Shown in pieces: positions 62,596-64,000 of a stretch of DNA of 64,000 bases. Source of the DNA: an uncultured Chloroflexia bacterium (GTDB lineage: Bacteria; Chloroflexota; Chloroflexia; Thermomicrobiales; UBA6265); contig CAVRUC010000002.1 in assembly GCA_963724295.1 (NCBI GenBank), positions 128,001 through 192,000 of the forward strand, read 5' to 3'. Each line of letters opens with the position of its first letter. Positions within the stretch are counted from its first letter, which is position 1. Below the pieces are notes generated by a model. The model had not been told where the DNA came from. It made no database searches and saw only the letters and a list, made by a program, of their open reading frames with translations. The translations under genes were made by a program, and so were the position numbers.

Positions 62596-64000
62596 ATGCC
62601 GACCATGCCGGATGCAACCACGAGCCGCGACACTCCGCTCGGGGTGCGGAACGATGCGCAGCCCTCGCGGTGGGGGGATGTGTTCAGCTCGCCGCGAGGC
62701 ATTTCAGTCCCCTGGCTCTTGATCTCACTTGGCACCGTGACCGCGTTGACCGCAATCATGATTCCGTTCCGCGGACAGCTCGGCGTCCTCAACGTGCTCC
62801 TTCTCTATCTCTTGCTGACCTTCTGCCTGGCGCTGATTGGTGGACTCTGGGCGGCGCTGCTCAGCGCGGTGCTCGGGTTCCTGGCCTTCGACTTCTTCTT
62901 CATTCCCCCGTTCCACACCCTTGACGTCGCCGCGCCAGATCATGTCCTGGCGCTCTTCGTCTATCTGGGAGTAGCGGTCGTCACCGTGCATCTGGTCTCC
63001 GGGATGCGGGACCGTACCGAGCACGCTCTGCAAGAGGGTCGCCGCATGGCTCTGCTGGCCGAGTTGAACGCGGCGCTGATTGGCGACGTGACCCTCGACG
63101 CCATCCTGGCGCGGATCGCCGAGCGCATTGTGACTGTCTATGGTGCGCAGGGATGCCGGGTCCTCGTCCGCGGCGAGGATGAGGAGTTGCGTACCGCCGC
63201 ATTCTTCCCGGAAGAGATCGGGCCAGACGTCGATCGCACCGGGCTCTCGCTGGCGGAATGGGCGGTGGCGCACCGCACTCCGGCCGGTCGTAGTGGTCGC
63301 GGCGGTCGGATCGTCGGCCGAAATCCGGTCACTCCCGGCTCGTCCTCTGGCGGCACTGACGTTCTCTATCTACCGATCACGACTGCGGACCGAATAGCCG
63401 GCGTGCTGGAGGTGTCTGGTCGGCCCGGAACAGGAGTCTTCCGGACTGAAGACCAGCAGACGCTGATGACCTTCGTCGATCAGGCTGCGCTGGCCCTGCA
63501 GCGTGCCCGGTTGAGCCAGGAGGCGGCCCAAGCGTCTGCGCTGGCCCAATCAGACGAGTTGAAGTCGGCCCTTCTCGCCGCCGTCTCGCATGATCTGCGC
63601 ACGCCACTGGCCTCTATCAAGGCCTCGGCCACCTCGCTCCTCGATAAGTCGGTCGAGTGGGACGAGGAGACGCGGCAGGACTTTCTGGAAGCGATCGACG
63701 AAGAGACGGATCGGCTCACGCTGATGGTGAGCAATCTCCTCGATCTTTCCCGGATCGAGGGAGGCGCGTTGCGGCCACAGAAGGATTGGTATGACATCGA
63801 CGAGCTCATCGTCGACGTGCGTGCGCGCCTTGCGCCGCGCACCAGGAATCATCCGCTGATCATCACCGTCGAACCCGATCTTCCGCTCCTGCGCTTCGAC
63901 TACGTGCAGATCGCGCAGGTTCTCGTCAATCTGATCGAGAATGCTGTCAAGTACACCGCCCACGGGACCGCAATCGCCGTTGCGGCGCACCAGGTCCCGG
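62596..64000 (+). CDS. KdpD-like sensor histidine kinase (DUF4118-GAF-HisKA-HATPase), 3'-truncated by window
   Basis: absent from the ORF track (no stop); hand translation gives AFDFFFIPPFHTL, LLAAVSHDLRTPLASIK (H-box), QVLVNLIENAVKY (N-box). Confidence 0.92.
   Translation, partial: MPTMPDATTSRDTPLGVRNDAQPSRWGDVFSSPRGISVPWLLISLGTVTALTAIMIPFRGQLGVLNVLLLYLLLTFCLALIGGLWAALLSAVLGFLAFDFFFIPPFHTLDVAAPDHVLALFVYLGVAVVTVHLVSGMRDRTEHALQEGRRMALLAELNAALIGDVTLDAILARIAERIVTVYGAQGCRVLVRGEDEELRTAAFFPEEIGPDVDRTGLSLAEWAVAHRTPAGRSGRGGRIVGRNPVTPGSSSGGTDVLYLPITTADRIAGVLEVSGRPGTGVFRTEDQQTLMTFVDQAALALQRARLSQEAAQASALAQSDELKSALLAAVSHDLRTPLASIKASATSLLDKSVEWDEETRQDFLEAIDEETDRLTLMVSNLLDLSRIEGGALRPQKDWYDIDELIVDVRARLAPRTRNHPLIITVEPDLPLLRFDYVQIAQVLVNLIENAVKYTAHGTAIAVAAHQVP

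Overview
High-GC (roughly two-thirds by eye) bacterial chromosomal segment, most consistent with a Chloroflexota/Thermomicrobiales-type organism (inference from protein style, STAND-regulator expansion and A/G/S-T-P motifs in secreted proteins). The left third looks origin-proximal: parS palindromes, dcd, ndk, pdhA-pdhB-E2, moaD plus an aldehyde:ferredoxin oxidoreductase, and gyrB. The rest is accessory: three STAND NTPase-TPR proteins (cyclase-, LuxR- and XRE/pseudo-cyclase-fused), several repeat-rich secreted proteins, sufS-sufU, a class B PBP, MATE, APH, GNATs, and an APC transporter divergent from a KdpD-like kinase cut off by the window end. At least nine genes carry frameshifts, mostly +1 in short homopolymers, which I read as sequencing/assembly error. 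Intergenic DNA carries several REP-like and short-tandem-repeat families. Best candidates for new biology: (1) the XRE-pseudocyclase-STAND-TPR gene, an 11-bp-phased operator, a secreted triple-repeat protein and a small protein; (2) a promoter-led, strand-asymmetric structured RNA at ~31.19-31.36 kb; (3) an eight-domain secreted protein with CnaB-like Lys/Glu/Asn-or-Asp triads plus Cys pairs. No rRNA, tRNA, CRISPR array or transposase was recognised. All calls are by eye; no searches were run.
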